A stretch of 42,868 nt of DNA from Polyangiales bacterium (GTDB lineage: Bacteria; Myxococcota_A; Polyangia; Polyangiales; Polyangiaceae): positions 1 through 42,868 of the forward strand of contig JBBRLQ010000047.1 of assembly GCA_038231275.1 (NCBI GenBank). The letters are read 5' to 3'. The notes beneath the pieces are model-generated. The model made no database searches, had not been told where the DNA came from, and saw nothing but the letters and a program-made list of their open reading frames with translations. Position 1 is the stretch's first letter. Every line of letters begins with the position of its first letter. The position numbers were made by a program, and so were the translations under genes. Shown here one piece after another: positions 23,031 to 32,465 of the stretch.

Positions 23031-24617
23031 GTGGCCGTCGCCGCACCCCGAAAGACCGTCGCCCGCCGCGTCCTCGCGTCGTTCGGCGTCACGCTCCTCG
23101 CCTTCGCGATCACCGTGGGGTGGAGCATCGCGCTCGAGCGGCGCGCCGCCGAGGACAACGTGGAGCTCGCGAAGGGCTACGTGCCCGTGGCGCTCAAGCT
23201 CGCGCAGCTCCGCTCGACGCAGGCGACGTTTGCGACGCTCGTAGACGGCATCCCCGACGAAAAAGATCCGCTGTCGACGCGGCTCTTGCTGGAGACCCTC
23301 GCGAGCACGCGCCGCGTGAAATTCGCGGAGACCCGCAGCGCCATGACCCAGGGGCTCCGCGATCTGGGCAGCCCCGAGACCCGCCACCTCGCGCTCGTCC
23401 TCACCGGCGAGCTCGACACCATCGAGCTCGCCCTCACCGAGGACAAGCAGGGCTTCGAGCGACTCTTCGTCGCGATCGACAAAGGGGACAAGGACGGCGT
23501 GCAGCGCTTGCTCGTGACGCTCGGCGCGAGCGAGCACGACGCGGACAAGAAGATCCGCGGACTTTCCGATCGCGTCGCCACGTCGATGGACCAGCTGAGC
23601 GAAGCGGCGCGCGAGCGGCAGCGCCGGAGCGTCCTCGCGCTCGTGGGCTTGGCGATCCTGACGCTGGGGGTCGGGGTCGCGGTGTCCCTCCACGTGCGCC
23701 GCCTCCTCGCGCCGCTCGCTCGCGTGACGGCGCGCGCGCAGGCGGTCGGTCGCGGCGATCTCACCGCACAAGCCGTCGCGCCGACCGACGATGAGATCGG
23801 CGAGCTCGCAGTGGCGTTCGAGAAGATGGTCGCCGCCGTCGCGCAAGCGCAGAGCCGCGCGCTCTCCAACGAGCGCCTCGCCGCCATCGGCAAGATGGCT
23901 GCCCACGTCACCCACGAGATCAGGAATCCCTTGTCGTCGATCGGCCTCAACATCGAGCTGCTCGAAGAAGAGCTCGCGCAAGGAGACGTTCCGGCCGAGT
24001 CGCGCGCTCTCCTCAAGGCGATCACGCGCGAGGTCGAGCGCCTCGAGCACCTCTCGGAGGAGTACCTGCGCGTCGCGCGCTTGCCGCAGCCGCGCATGGA
24101 GGCCGATGACGTGGCCGCGCTCGCCAAGGATCTCGAGTCGTTCGTGCGCCCCGAGATGGAACGTGCAAACTGCACGCTTCGCGTCGACGTCGCGGCCGAA
24201 TTGCCGCCGGCGCTGTTCGACGAGGCGCAGATCCGGCAAGCCCTCCTGAACCTCCTCCGCAACGCGCGGGAGTCGATGAGCGACGGCGGCGCGATCGATC
24301 TGCGCGTCTTCGCCGAAGGAATGAGCGTGGTCGTCAGCGTCGAGGATCGCGGCGGGGGCATCGCGGGCGACATTCGCGCGCGCGTGTTCGATCCGTTCTT
24401 CTCGACCAAGGGCGAGGGCACCGGCCTCGGCCTCGCGATCACGCGCCAGATCGTCGAGGCGCACGGCGGGACGATCGCGTGCGACGCGCGCGAGGGCGGC
24501 GGAACGACCTTTCGCATCTCGCTGCCGATCGCGCCGTCGCGCCTCTCGCTCCCGAAGGCGCCCGTGTCCGGCGACGGGGCCGGGGCTGTGGTAAGACGGC
24601 CGAATGCCGCGACCTGA
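23031..24617 (+). CDS. Membrane HAMP sensor histidine kinase (orphan)
   Basis: Two TMs, HAMP (DEIGELA), H-box HEIRNPL, NLLRNA, DRGGG, FDPFFSTK, GTGLGL. Confidence 0.93.
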   Translation: MAVAAPRKTVARRVLASFGVTLLAFAITVGWSIALERRAAEDNVELAKGYVPVALKLAQLRSTQATFATLVDGIPDEKDPLSTRLLLETLASTRRVKFAETRSAMTQGLRDLGSPETRHLALVLTGELDTIELALTEDKQGFERLFVAIDKGDKDGVQRLLVTLGASEHDADKKIRGLSDRVATSMDQLSEAARERQRRSVLALVGLAILTLGVGVAVSLHVRRLLAPLARVTARAQAVGRGDLTAQAVAPTDDEIGELAVAFEKMVAAVAQAQSRALSNERLAAIGKMAAHVTHEIRNPLSSIGLNIELLEEELAQGDVPAESRALLKAITREVERLEHLSEEYLRVARLPQPRMEADDVAALAKDLESFVRPEMERANCTLRVDVAAELPPALFDEAQIRQALLNLLRNARESMSDGGAIDLRVFAEGMSVVVSVEDRGGGIAGDIRARVFDPFFSTKGEGTGLGLAITRQIVEAHGGTIACDAREGGGTTFRISLPIAPSRLSLPKAPVSGDGAGAVVRRPNAAT

Positions 24618-25368
24618 CGCACGCGCCTTCGATGCTCCCCGCAACGTCGAGATGACCCTCGGCTTCCACAAGATGAGCGAGGGCTCGGTGCTGTACCGCG
24701 CGGGCTCGACGGTGGTGCTGTGCACCGCGTCGGTCGACGCGAAGGTGCCGCCGTTCCTCGAGGGCAAGGGCAAGGGCTGGGTCACCGCGGAGTACCAGAT
24801 GCACCCGCGCAGCAACCCCGACAAGCGCGAGTCGCGTGATGGCCGCGGCAAGGCGCCGAGCGGGCGCACGCAGGAGATCCAGCGCCTCGTCGGTCGCTCG
24901 CTCCGCGCCGCGGTCGATCTCGTGGCCCTCGGCGAGCGTCAGATCTCGATCGACTGCGACGTGCTCGAGGCCGACGGCGGCACGCGCACGGCGTCGGTGA
25001 CCGGCGGATTCGTCGCGCTGGCGCTGGCGCTGGCGAAGCTCAAGGAGAAGGGCGTCCTCACGAAGCCGGTCCTCCGCGAGCCTGTCGCCGCGATCAGCTG
25101 CGGCATCTTGGCGAACGAGGAGCTCGCGCTCGATCTCGTCTACAAAGAGGACTCGAAGGCCGAGGTCGATCTCAACGTGGTCGCGACGAAGAGCGGCAAG
25201 ATCATCGAGATCCAGGGGACCGCCGAGGGTGCGCCGGTCGCGCGCGCGCAGATCGACAAGATGGTGGACCTGTCGCTCATGGGCATTCGTCTTCTGACGG
25301 AGCAGCAAGAAGCGGCGCTCGCGCGCGCGGGGGTCGAGCTCGCGTCCCTCATGATTCCCAGGAGCTGA
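24604..25368 (+). CDS. rph: Ribonuclease PH
   Basis: GWVTAEY, SGRTQEIQRLVGRSLR, DCDVLEADGGTRTAS, EIQGTAE. Confidence 0.96.
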   Translation: MPRPDARAFDAPRNVEMTLGFHKMSEGSVLYRAGSTVVLCTASVDAKVPPFLEGKGKGWVTAEYQMHPRSNPDKRESRDGRGKAPSGRTQEIQRLVGRSLRAAVDLVALGERQISIDCDVLEADGGTRTASVTGGFVALALALAKLKEKGVLTKPVLREPVAAISCGILANEELALDLVYKEDSKAEVDLNVVATKSGKIIEIQGTAEGAPVARAQIDKMVDLSLMGIRLLTEQQEAALARAGVELASLMIPRS

Positions 25369-25380
25369 TACGCTGCGGGC

Positions 25381-26043
25381 GTGAATCAATCGCTCGTCGT
25401 CGCGACGACCAACCGAGGCAAGCTCGACGAGCTGCGTGCGCTCCTCGTGGGGCTGCCGTTCACCGTGTACGCGCTCGACGACGTCGCGGCGAAGCGCATC
25501 ACGATCGTCGAGGACGGGGCGACGTTCGCCGACAACGCCGTGAAGAAGGCGACGCTCGTGGCCGCGGCGACGATGATGCTCACGCTCGCCGACGACTCCG
25601 GCCTCGAGGTCGACGCCCTCGACGGCGCGCCCGGTGTGCGGTCGGCACGCTACGCGAGCGAGCGCGCCACCGACGCGGAGAACAACGCGCACCTCCTCGC
25701 CGCGCTCGACGCGCTGGAGCACGAGGGCGCCGCCTCTGCGACCTACACTGCGCGTTTCCGGTGCGTCCTTGCAATCGTCGATCCGTACGCGAACGACGGC
25801 GCTGCGCGCACGGTGGAAGGCGTGTGCGACGGCGCCATCACGCGCACGCCGCGCGGCTCGGGGGGCTTTGGGTACGATCCGCTTTTCCTGGTCGACGGTG
25901 GCAACCTGACGATGGCCGAGCTCCCCGCAGACGAGAAGAACCGCGTGTCCCACCGCGCCCGCGCCGTCCGCGCGCTGCGGCCGCTCCTCCAGGGAATCGT
26001 CCTCGAGCGCGACGCCGCAGTCGCACGAATCGCGCGCCTCTGA
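25381..26043 (+). CDS. rdgB: Non-canonical purine NTP pyrophosphatase (HAM1 family)
   Basis: ATTNRGK, ADDSGL, PGVRSARY, GFGYDPLF, KNRVSHR; usual position after rph. Confidence 0.95.
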   Translation: MNQSLVVATTNRGKLDELRALLVGLPFTVYALDDVAAKRITIVEDGATFADNAVKKATLVAAATMMLTLADDSGLEVDALDGAPGVRSARYASERATDAENNAHLLAALDALEHEGAASATYTARFRCVLAIVDPYANDGAARTVEGVCDGAITRTPRGSGGFGYDPLFLVDGGNLTMAELPADEKNRVSHRARAVRALRPLLQGIVLERDAAVARIARL

Positions 26044-26189
26044 AACGCCTCTCTACGCCATCTGAACAGGCGGGTGTCCACTGCGTACGGGAGGTCGCGT
26101 TGGCCGTGCCAGCGCGTGCCACGGCGGTCGTGCTCGCCAGCGGTTTCGCACACTTGTAGATTGCACGGGCATTGCAAAAGGGAGTCACC

Positions 26190-26891
26190 ATGAACCGCAT
26201 CCTCGCCGCATCGCTCGCCGCGCCCCTCTTCTTCGTGCTCGCCGCGTGCAGCGGCGCGAGCGCCACGTTCACAGGTGCGGACGACGGCGGCGGAGGAGGC
26301 GGCGGCGACGGCGGCACTGACGGATCGCCCAACCCCGATGGCGGCTCCACCGGCGCGTGCCCCGCCAACGCGCCGACCGCCGGGCAAGCGTGCACGACGC
26401 CGGGTCTCAACTGCGAGTTCGGCGGCAGCGGCAACCACCGCTTGTGCACGACGACCGCGATTTGCCTGAAGGGGTCGTCAGGCGTGACCGCGTGGATCGT
26501 GACGCCGCCGTCGCCGAGCTGCATCGGAACGCCCGATCAGAACCCCAACGCATGCCCGGCAAGCTTCACGACGCTGCCGACCGGCTCCGCGTGTCCGAAG
26601 CAAGGGCTCTCGTGCGTGTACGACCAGGGCATGTGCGGCTGCATCCCGTGCATCGGCGACAGCGGCGGCGTGGGCTCGCAGCAAGAGTGGGCGTGCGATC
26701 CGTACCCGACGCCGTCCGGCTGCCCGGAGCCGCGCCCCCTCATCGGCAGCGCGTGCACGCAAGAAGGCCAGTCGTGCAACTACGGCGAGCTGTGCGGCGT
26801 CGTCAGCGGACCGTCGCTCGGCTGCCAGAACGGCCATTGGGCGTCGCAGCCCACCGCGGCCTCCTGCGCCATTCACCAGTGCGGCAAATGA
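26190..26891 (+). CDS. Cys-rich repeat lipoprotein
   Basis: GGAG RBS; lipobox LAAC; three CP-x(n)-G-x2-C-x3-G-x2-C-x-[FY] repeats. Confidence 0.85.
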   Translation: MNRILAASLAAPLFFVLAACSGASATFTGADDGGGGGGGDGGTDGSPNPDGGSTGACPANAPTAGQACTTPGLNCEFGGSGNHRLCTTTAICLKGSSGVTAWIVTPPSPSCIGTPDQNPNACPASFTTLPTGSACPKQGLSCVYDQGMCGCIPCIGDSGGVGSQQEWACDPYPTPSGCPEPRPLIGSACTQEGQSCNYGELCGVVSGPSLGCQNGHWASQPTAASCAIHQCGK

Positions 26892-26895
26892 CGCG

Positions 26896-27960
26896 CTACT
26901 TGCCGAAGATGTCGAAGTGCGCGCCGCAGTGGATGCCCACGATGACGTAGGCGCGCTGGTTGTCGATCTGCTTTCCGTTCTGGTAGGTCGGGTGCTGCTC
27001 GCCGTCTCCGGAGCCCGCGGCGGAGTACGTGGCGGAGCCGCTCGTGTCGTTCATCGTGCCGCTCGAGATCGTGGCCATCGGTGAGATGACGAAGAGCGTC
27101 GAGATCCGAATTTCGGCGCCGAGGCCGAGCCGGAAGAACTCGAGCGACTGCATCTTGTACGTCTCGGTTCCGCCCTTGACGGTGACCGATCGCATGCCGA
27201 TCGAGATGTCGGTGAGGAAGCCCGCGCTGTCGACGTCACCGGCCGTGTAGCGGAAGCCGACGCCCAAGAGATCCGTCGAGGACGTCGCGTCGCTGCCTTC
27301 GAACCTGTGCCCTTGACCCATGAAGCCGTGCTCGATGAACAGGTACGGCACGTAGCGCTTGCCCAAGCGCGCGCCGACGTCGAGGCCGGTCGACAGGCCG
27401 TTCTTGACGAAGTTGCCCGTCGTTTCGCCGGTCGCGCCTGATCCCCCGGGGCCTGCGGAGTTCGTGTAGAAGTTGCCGCCGAAGCCGAGGAAGCCAAGGC
27501 GGCCGCCCGCCCACAGCGAGAACTTCGGCGCGTGCGTGGGCTCCGGAGGTTCCGTGTAATCTACACGCGGTGGCGGCGGAGGGACGGCCGCGGACGGCTG
27601 CTGTTGGTACTGCGGGGGCTGTTGGTACTGCGGCGTCGGACCGTACTGCGGCGGCGGGTACTGCGGCTGCGCGTAGCCACCCTGCTGCTGCGGGTACTGC
27701 TGCTGCTGCTGCGGATACTGCTGGGGCTGCTGCTGCGGGTACTGCCCTTGCGGCGGCGGCGGGTAACCTTGCGGCGGCGGCGGCGGATACCCCTGCGGAG
27801 GGGGTTGGGGCGCGGGCGCCGGTCCTGGCTGCGGCTGCGATTGCGGGAGCGGGGGCAGCGGCGCTTGCGCGAACGCGTAAGGCGCCACCATCAAACCGCT
27901 CACCACCGTCAGCGTCACCGTCGCAATCGCCCTTGCGCTAGCCTTGCTGGCCTTTCGCAT
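26896..27960 (-). CDS. Probable outer-membrane beta-barrel protein with P/Q-rich N-terminus
   Basis: GGAGG RBS, signal peptide AFA-Q, amphipathic strands, C-terminal GAHFDIF. Confidence 0.75.
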   Translation of the reverse strand: MRKASKASARAIATVTLTVVSGLMVAPYAFAQAPLPPLPQSQPQPGPAPAPQPPPQGYPPPPPQGYPPPPQGQYPQQQPQQYPQQQQQYPQQQGGYAQPQYPPPQYGPTPQYQQPPQYQQQPSAAVPPPPPRVDYTEPPEPTHAPKFSLWAGGRLGFLGFGGNFYTNSAGPGGSGATGETTGNFVKNGLSTGLDVGARLGKRYVPYLFIEHGFMGQGHRFEGSDATSSTDLLGVGFRYTAGDVDSAGFLTDISIGMRSVTVKGGTETYKMQSLEFFRLGLGAEIRISTLFVISPMATISSGTMNDTSGSATYSAAGSGDGEQHPTYQNGKQIDNQRAYVIVGIHCGAHFDIFGK

Positions 27961-28020
27961 GCAAGCCTCCTAATTAGCCTCTAAGTGTTCTCGAGAGAGT
28001 CTATTCGATCTCCGTCCGCG

Positions 28021-28329
28021 ATGCAGAAGCCTCCCAAGAAACCCTGGAAAGAGTACGGCCGGTACGGATCGCTCGGAATCGAGCTGATCCTGTCGATGGC
28101 GATCGGCTACTACGGCGGCCGCTTCCTCGACGGGCGTTTCGGGACGCACTGGATCGCAGGGCTCGGCTTCTTCTTGGGGATCTACGCCGGCTTCCGGCAA
28201 ATTTTTCGCGCCGCCCAACGCATGCAGAAGGACGCCGACCGCGAAGAGCAAGAGGAGCGCGAGCGCACTCACGGCGGTCACGGCAATCACGACGATCACG
28301 GCGGAGGCACCGGTGGCGACGCCCCGTGA
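28021..28329 (+). CDS. AtpZ/AtpI-family (ATPase gene 1) protein
   Basis: LGIELILSMAIGYYGGRFLDGRFGT...GIYAGFR pattern at the head of the atp cluster. Confidence 0.85.
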   Translation: MQKPPKKPWKEYGRYGSLGIELILSMAIGYYGGRFLDGRFGTHWIAGLGFFLGIYAGFRQIFRAAQRMQKDADREEQEERERTHGGHGNHDDHGGGTGGDAP

Positions 28330-28678
28330 GCTCCGCGGGCCGCTCGTGGCGGTGTGCGTCGCGGGCGCCGTCCTGAGCGCCGGCGCGCTGGTCTTCGCGG
28401 GACGTCAGGCAGGGATTTCCGCGGGAATCGGCGCTGCGATCGCGGCGCTCAACTTGTGGGTCCTCGGGCGCGTGGTCGGCGGAACCGAGAGCGCAGCGTG
28501 GCGAACGGTCGGCCTCCTCAAGATGCTCGGCCTCTTCGGCGGCGTCTGGCTCCTGTTGACTTACCACCTGGTGGACCCCATCCCGCTGGTGGTCGGACTC
28601 GGGGCGCTGCCCATCGGCAGCGTCTCGTTCGCGACAGGTTCCATGCTCTCCACCGGTCGTGCTAGGAAGGCGCGCTAG
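28313..28678 (+). CDS. atpI: ATP synthase protein I (4 TM)
   Basis: GAAIAALNLWVL, LLKM, PLVVGL; directly upstream of atpB. Confidence 0.75.
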   Translation: MATPRELRGPLVAVCVAGAVLSAGALVFAGRQAGISAGIGAAIAALNLWVLGRVVGGTESAAWRTVGLLKMLGLFGGVWLLLTYHLVDPIPLVVGLGALPIGSVSFATGSMLSTGRARKAR

Positions 28679-28714
28679 ACACGAGCAGGCCCAGGCCCCT
28701 CCCGAGCGAACCCC

Positions 28715-29533
28715 ATGCCCGAGCACACCTCCTTCTTCAGCTACCTCGTCGCGATGTTCCCTGCCCTGGGCGAGAACGTCCACAACATGGGCAAGACCAT
28801 GGCCGGCCGGTCCCTTGGCGCGCACGACGCGGAGCCGCTCGTGGCCAGCGCGTTCGTGGTGCTGCTCCTCGTGCTTCTCGCGCTGCGCGTTCGCTCGGTG
28901 GTCAAAAACCACGACGCGTCGGTCATCCCCGACGACAAGCTCACGCTCCGCACGTTCATGGAGATTTTGGTCGGCTCGTTCTACGACATGATGAAGGACA
29001 TGATGGGCCCCAAGCGGGCGAAGCGGTATTTGCCGCTGATCGGCACCTGCGCGTGCTTCATCTTCTTCGCGAATTTCATGGGGCTCATCCCCGGCCTCAC
29101 CCCGCCGACGTCCTCGTGGAACATCACGTGGGGCTGCGCGATCGTCGTCTTCGTCGCCTTCAACTATTACGGGTTGAAAGAGAACGGCATGGCGTACCTG
29201 AAGCACCTCGCCGGGCCGGTCATCTGGCTGTCGCCGCTCATCTTCCCGCTCGAGGTGTTCTCGACGTGCCTTCGTCCGTTCACGCTCAGCATCCGCTTGA
29301 TGCTGAACCTCGCGGTCGATCACCTCCTGCTCACGATCATGATCGGCATCTTTCCGTTGTTCTTGCCGGTCCCGTTCATGCTGCTCGGCACCTTGATCGC
29401 GCTCGTCCAGGTGCTCGTGTTCTGCCTCCTCGCGTCGATTTACATCTCGCTCGCGACGGACCACGAAGATCACGGCGAGTCGCACGGACACGGCAAGAAA
29501 GCCCACGCGCACGGGGACCACGCCCACGCGTGA
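28715..29533 (+). CDS. atpB: F0F1 ATP synthase subunit a
   Basis: NFMGLIPG, RPFTLSIRLMLN (essential Arg), ALVQVLVFCLL. Confidence 0.96.
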   Translation: MPEHTSFFSYLVAMFPALGENVHNMGKTMAGRSLGAHDAEPLVASAFVVLLLVLLALRVRSVVKNHDASVIPDDKLTLRTFMEILVGSFYDMMKDMMGPKRAKRYLPLIGTCACFIFFANFMGLIPGLTPPTSSWNITWGCAIVVFVAFNYYGLKENGMAYLKHLAGPVIWLSPLIFPLEVFSTCLRPFTLSIRLMLNLAVDHLLLTIMIGIFPLFLPVPFMLLGTLIALVQVLVFCLLASIYISLATDHEDHGESHGHGKKAHAHGDHAHA

Positions 29534-29656
29534 GGCTTGCTCATCGGAGGCCGCCCTCTAGAAGCCTCTAGTCATGCGGGGCAAAACCTACTAAAGCCCC
29601 GACCGCCCTTCGAAGTTCCCCCTCACTAGCCAGATTCTCAGAAGGAGTTCCGGAAG

Positions 29657-29995
29657 ATGTCGATCATGAAGAAGCCGATGGTGGTTTCTACCCTCACGGC
29701 CACGTTCCTCATGCTGCTGTCCCAGACGGCGATGGCGGCCGACAAGATCGGCTCCAACGACATGGACGTGAAGGCGTACGCGATGCTCGGCGCGGGCCTC
29801 GCGATCGGGCTCGGCGTGCTCGGCGGCGCCCTCGGGCAGGGCAGGGCGGCGGCGGCGGCGCTCGAAGGCATCTCGCGCAACCCCGGCGCGGCGGCGCGTA
29901 TCCAGACGCCGATGATCCTCGGACTCGCGCTGATCGAGTCGCTCGTGCTGCTCGCGTTCGTCATCGCGTTCTTCCTCCAGGGCAAGGGCCCGTAG
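29657..29995 (+). CDS. atpE: F0F1 ATP synthase subunit c with N-terminal extension
   Basis: [19 protein letters not shown] loop, LIES carboxylate; AAGGAG RBS. Confidence 0.96.
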   Translation: MSIMKKPMVVSTLTATFLMLLSQTAMAADKIGSNDMDVKAYAMLGAGLAIGLGVLGGALGQGRAAAAALEGISRNPGAAARIQTPMILGLALIESLVLLAFVIAFFLQGKGP

Positions 29996-30032
29996 TCGTC
30001 CGCGCCCCATCGCGGGCACGCGCGCAAGTCTT

Positions 30033-30072
30033 AGGAAGGGTCCGGGCCGGTCAGGCCTGGGCCTTTCTTTTT
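30033..30072 (+). terminator. Intrinsic terminator after atpE
   Basis: AGGAAGGGTCCGGGCC / GGCCTGGGCCTTTCTT stem (with G-U pairs) running into a T tract. Confidence 0.8.
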
Positions 30073-30088
30073 GTGCGAGGGCGCGTCG

Positions 30089-31822
30089 TCAGTGCTTGCG
30101 ACGCAAATCCATCGCGACGTGGCTGAGCCATACGGCGGAGGCGAGCGCGATCATGACCGCGCCCATCGTCTCGTGCGCGGCGCCATTGACCAGCATCGCC
30201 CCGCTGCCGATGAGCGACGCGACGACGAGCCCCGTGAAGACGCGGCGGCCGAGGCGATCGCCGGCGCCCGGGAGCTGCGGGTGATCGGCGCGCAGCGTGA
30301 GGCGCCCGAGGCGCAGATCGTCGAGCACCTCGCGCAGCTGCATCGGCATGTCGTACCCGGCGCGCGAGAGCTGGGTCGCGCCGCGAAGGAGCTCGTTGCC
30401 GAGTCGCTGCGGCGAATAGCGCTGCTTCAGGAGCTCGAAGAACTGCGGGCTGGCCTCGCCGAAGACGTCGAGATCCGGATCGAGCTGCTTGCCGATCCCT
30501 TCGATCGTCATGAGCGATTTGCCGACCATCAAGAAGTCCGTGGGGATCTCGAGCCCGTACTTGATGGCGCCCCCGACGAGATCGCGGATCATCGCGGAGA
30601 GCTCGATCTCGCGGAGCGGCTTGCCGAGGTACTTTTCGGCGAGCATCGACACCTCGGCGCGGTACTCGCGCATGTCGATTTTCTTGGTGGGGCGGCCGAT
30701 CGTGTAGAGCGCGTCGGCGACGCCAGCGGTGTCCTTCCGAACGGCGGCGACCATGAGATCGATCGTCGAGTCACGCAGCTCCGGGCTGAGGCGTCCGACC
30801 ATTCCGACGTCGATCATGCCGATGACCGGATCCTCGGACGTGCCCATGATGATGATGTTGCCGGGGTGCGGATCGGCGTGGAAAAAGCCGTCCTCGAAGA
30901 TCATCTTCACGACGACGCCGAGCGCGTGCTTGGCGATGCGCTTGCCGTCCATCCCCGATTCGAGGGCCTTGTCGACCTTCTTGCCGTCGAAGAACTCGAG
31001 CGTGAGGACGTTCTTGCTGGAGGCCTGGCGGTACACCTTCGGGAAGCGCACGTTCGCGTGGCCGGCGAAGTTCTTGGCGAACCGCTCGCAGTTGTCGGCC
31101 TCCACGAGGAAGTTGAGCTCGCTGGTGATCGAGCGATCGAACTGCTGCACGAGGCCGACGGGCGAGTAGATCTTGCTCTCGGGGATCGTGCGCTCGATCG
31201 CGGCGGCGAGCATGTGGAGGAGGTCGAGATCGCGGGCCACCGTGACGCCGACGCCGGGGCGCTGCACCTTGACGACCACTTCCATGTCGACGCTCTCGCC
31301 TTCGCCGGTGAGCGTGCGGAGCGTGGCGCGGTGGACCTGACCGATCGACGCGGCGGCGAGCGGTTTGTCGTCGAAGCGGACGAAGACCTCGTCGAGCTTC
31401 TTTCCGAGGCTAATCTCGATGGCGGACTTCAGGTCGGCGGCGGGGACCGGCGGGACGTCGTCCTGGAGCTTCTTCAGCTCGGCGATGATGTCGGGCGGGA
31501 TGACGTCGGGGCGCGTGGACGCGATCTGCCCGAGCTTGATGAACGACGGGCCGAGATCCTGGATGACGAGGCGCACGCGCTCGGCGCGAGAGACGCGCTT
31601 CTTCTCGTCCTCTCCGCGCGCCGCGTCCTCGGGGGCCGCGGCGATTTCGTCGGCCTCGCCCTCGTCGGTCTCGGATTTCTCGGGCTCCGGCTTGTCCTTC
31701 TTCTTCGCGCCGCGGCCGAAGCCGAGGCGCGTGACGACTTCACCGAACCCGTGGCGAACGAGGACGCTCGTGATCTCGCGAAGGCGACCGAGGTCTTTGA
31801 CCGCGGAGACGACGGAGATCAC
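30089..31822 (-). CDS. ABC1/AarF/UbiB-family atypical kinase
   Basis: LGPSFIKLGQ, AAASIGQVH, VKVQRP, FFHADPHPGN; C-terminal TMs. Confidence 0.93.
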   Translation of the reverse strand: MISVVSAVKDLGRLREITSVLVRHGFGEVVTRLGFGRGAKKKDKPEPEKSETDEGEADEIAAAPEDAARGEDEKKRVSRAERVRLVIQDLGPSFIKLGQIASTRPDVIPPDIIAELKKLQDDVPPVPAADLKSAIEISLGKKLDEVFVRFDDKPLAAASIGQVHRATLRTLTGEGESVDMEVVVKVQRPGVGVTVARDLDLLHMLAAAIERTIPESKIYSPVGLVQQFDRSITSELNFLVEADNCERFAKNFAGHANVRFPKVYRQASSKNVLTLEFFDGKKVDKALESGMDGKRIAKHALGVVVKMIFEDGFFHADPHPGNIIIMGTSEDPVIGMIDVGMVGRLSPELRDSTIDLMVAAVRKDTAGVADALYTIGRPTKKIDMREYRAEVSMLAEKYLGKPLREIELSAMIRDLVGGAIKYGLEIPTDFLMVGKSLMTIEGIGKQLDPDLDVFGEASPQFFELLKQRYSPQRLGNELLRGATQLSRAGYDMPMQLREVLDDLRLGRLTLRADHPQLPGAGDRLGRRVFTGLVVASLIGSGAMLVNGAAHETMGAVMIALASAVWLSHVAMDLRRKH

Positions 31823-31825
31823 CGG

Positions 31826-32431
31826 TCACCCGTCCGCCGGCGCGTCCTTCGAGGTGTCCGGGGCAGAGAACGCGTCGTCGCTCGCGTCGGAGCGGGGAAT
31901 GCAGATCTTCGGCTCGCAGTGGAAGAAGAGGCCGCCGCCGTTCGGCGCGACCTCACACTGGCACGTGTCGAGGTTCGGCGCCGGCTTCTCGGGGCACTGG
32001 AGGCCGATGTACGAACAGAGGAGGCCAGCGGTCTTGCACGCTTTGCCCTCGGTGCCGCTCTCGGCGCCAGGGCACTCCTTGTCGTTCGGCTGGCCCGGCG
32101 CGATGCACGCGGGCTGCGCGCCCTTCGCGACGGCGGCCCCGGTCGAGTCGGTGCATGCGTACTTGCCTGCCGCGCAGACGCAGTGCGCTTGCTGGGGGAC
32201 GTTCCCGCACGCGTAGCCGATGCCGCAGTCTTCGCCGGCGCGCGTGCACGCGGTGTCGATCGCCTCGGCGAGGGTGGCCGGGCACTGCGCGACGCCGGGC
32301 GCCGACTGGGCGTTGCTGCTCGAGTCGCTGCACGCTCCTACCAACGTTCCGACGAGGGCGACCAGGGCGACGACCCCAAGGGCCGAGAGCCCCCGCCCTC
32401 CCACGAGAGCCTTGAAAAACGGCCTAGACAT
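31826..32431 (-). CDS. Cys-rich lipoprotein
   Basis: Lipobox VGAC; CP...AC-x3-G-x2-C repeats like those of 26190-26891. Confidence 0.8.
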   Translation of the reverse strand: MSRPFFKALVGGRGLSALGVVALVALVGTLVGACSDSSSNAQSAPGVAQCPATLAEAIDTACTRAGEDCGIGYACGNVPQQAHCVCAAGKYACTDSTGAAVAKGAQPACIAPGQPNDKECPGAESGTEGKACKTAGLLCSYIGLQCPEKPAPNLDTCQCEVAPNGGGLFFHCEPKICIPRSDASDDAFSAPDTSKDAPADG

Positions 32432-32465
32432 AGGCCTTTTGCATTACCTTCTCGCGGGCAAAAGC

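Noticed and set aside
26161..26176. sigma54 promoter TTGCACGGGCATTGCA
   Set aside because: It lacks the invariant GG, and the predicted start would fall downstream of the RBS.
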